Assembly: GCF_030028105.1 (NCBI RefSeq)
Contig: NC_092394.1
Span: 21,429,939 to 21,493,938 of the forward strand
Direction of reading: 5' to 3'
Length of the DNA stretch: 64,000 nt
DNA from: Mobula birostris
Taxonomy: Eukaryota
Position 1 is the stretch's first letter; each line of letters opens with the position of its first letter. Made by a program: the position numbers and the translations under genes. This document shows positions 63,186-64,000 of the stretch, piece after piece. A model generated the notes under the pieces. That model was not told the origin of the DNA and made no database searches. It was given only the letters and a program-made list of their open reading frames with translations.

Positions 63186-64000
63186 TAGATTAGATTAGAT
63201 TCAACTTTATTGTCATTGTGCCGAGTACAGATACAAAGACAATGAAATGCAGTTAGCATCTAACCAGAAATGCAAAGAATAGTGTTATTTACAAAACAAC
63301 TGCGAATAAAAAGTAAGTGCTACAGCACACGAATATAAAAGTACTGAGACAGTACAATATGGGTGCAATACTGCTTAGTGCTGTGATGTGAGGTTCAGCA
63401 GGGTCACAGCCTCAGGGAAGAAGCTCTTCCTGTACCTGCTGGTGCGGGAGCGGAGGCTCCTGTAGCGCCTACTGGATGGGAAGAGAGTAAAAAGTCCATA
63501 GTCAGGGTGAGATGCATCCTCGATAATGCTTTTCACCCTGCCCAGGCAGCGTTATGGTAGATGTTCTGAATGGTGGGCAATTGGGTGCCAATAATCTGCT
63601 GGGCAGTTTTCACCACACGTTGGAGTGCTTTGTGGTCCGATACGGGACAATTGCCATACCACACTGAGATGCAGTTGGTGAGTATGCTCTCAATGGTACA
63701 GCAGTAAAAGTCCATCAGTATCCTGGGACAGAGGTGAGCTTTCCTGACGCTCCGCAGGAAATAAAGGCACTGTTGCGCCTTTTTGATCAGGATGGAGGAG
63801 TTCAGGGACCAGGTGAGATCCTCGGAAATGTGGACACCAAGGGATTTGAAGCTTGATACACGCTCCACTACAACTCCGTTGCTGTAGATGTGAGTGTGGC
63901 TCCTAGCATCCCTGAAGCACACAATGATCTCCTTGGTCTTCTGGGTGTTAAGGGCCAGGTTGTTGTTGGCACACCACACGGCCAGGTGCTGGACCTCATC
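63186..64000 (-). mobile_element. Rex1/Babar-type LINE 3' fragment in SSH2 intron (runs off the window)
   Basis: ORF WCANNNLALNTQKTKEII..ISVWYGNC; highly similar to 36490-37310; (agatt)n tail. Confidence 0.9.

Overview
This is AT-rich, repeat-dense vertebrate genomic DNA. The repeat complement (CR1, Rex1/Babar-type LINEs, HE1-like V-SINEs, Deu-domain SINE relics, Penelope pseudo-LTRs) suggests a cartilaginous fish, probably a ray; this is inference. The right half holds the 3' portion of a slingshot phosphatase gene (SSH2) on the minus strand. Seven coding exons (60231 down to 41099) have GT-AG sites and matching phases, and are followed by an ~3 kb repeat-free 3' UTR with AATAAA at 38041-38046. 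The left half is mostly nested transposon debris: CR1, Rex1, a decayed Gypsy LTR element, Tc1 derivatives, hAT MITEs and SINEs. It also has two CTCF-like sites and possible exons of a further minus-strand gene. The most notable signal is a dispersed family of short Penelope-type elements carrying a minimal hammerhead-ribozyme core (GTC-CTGANGA-stem-GAAAC-GTC-GAC). One copy is a TSD-flanked 138-bp near-perfect palindrome with an intact hammerhead on each strand, lying ~100 nt from the SSH2 catalytic exon. Repeat boundaries were read by eye and are approximate. Family names come from motif recognition, not database searches.
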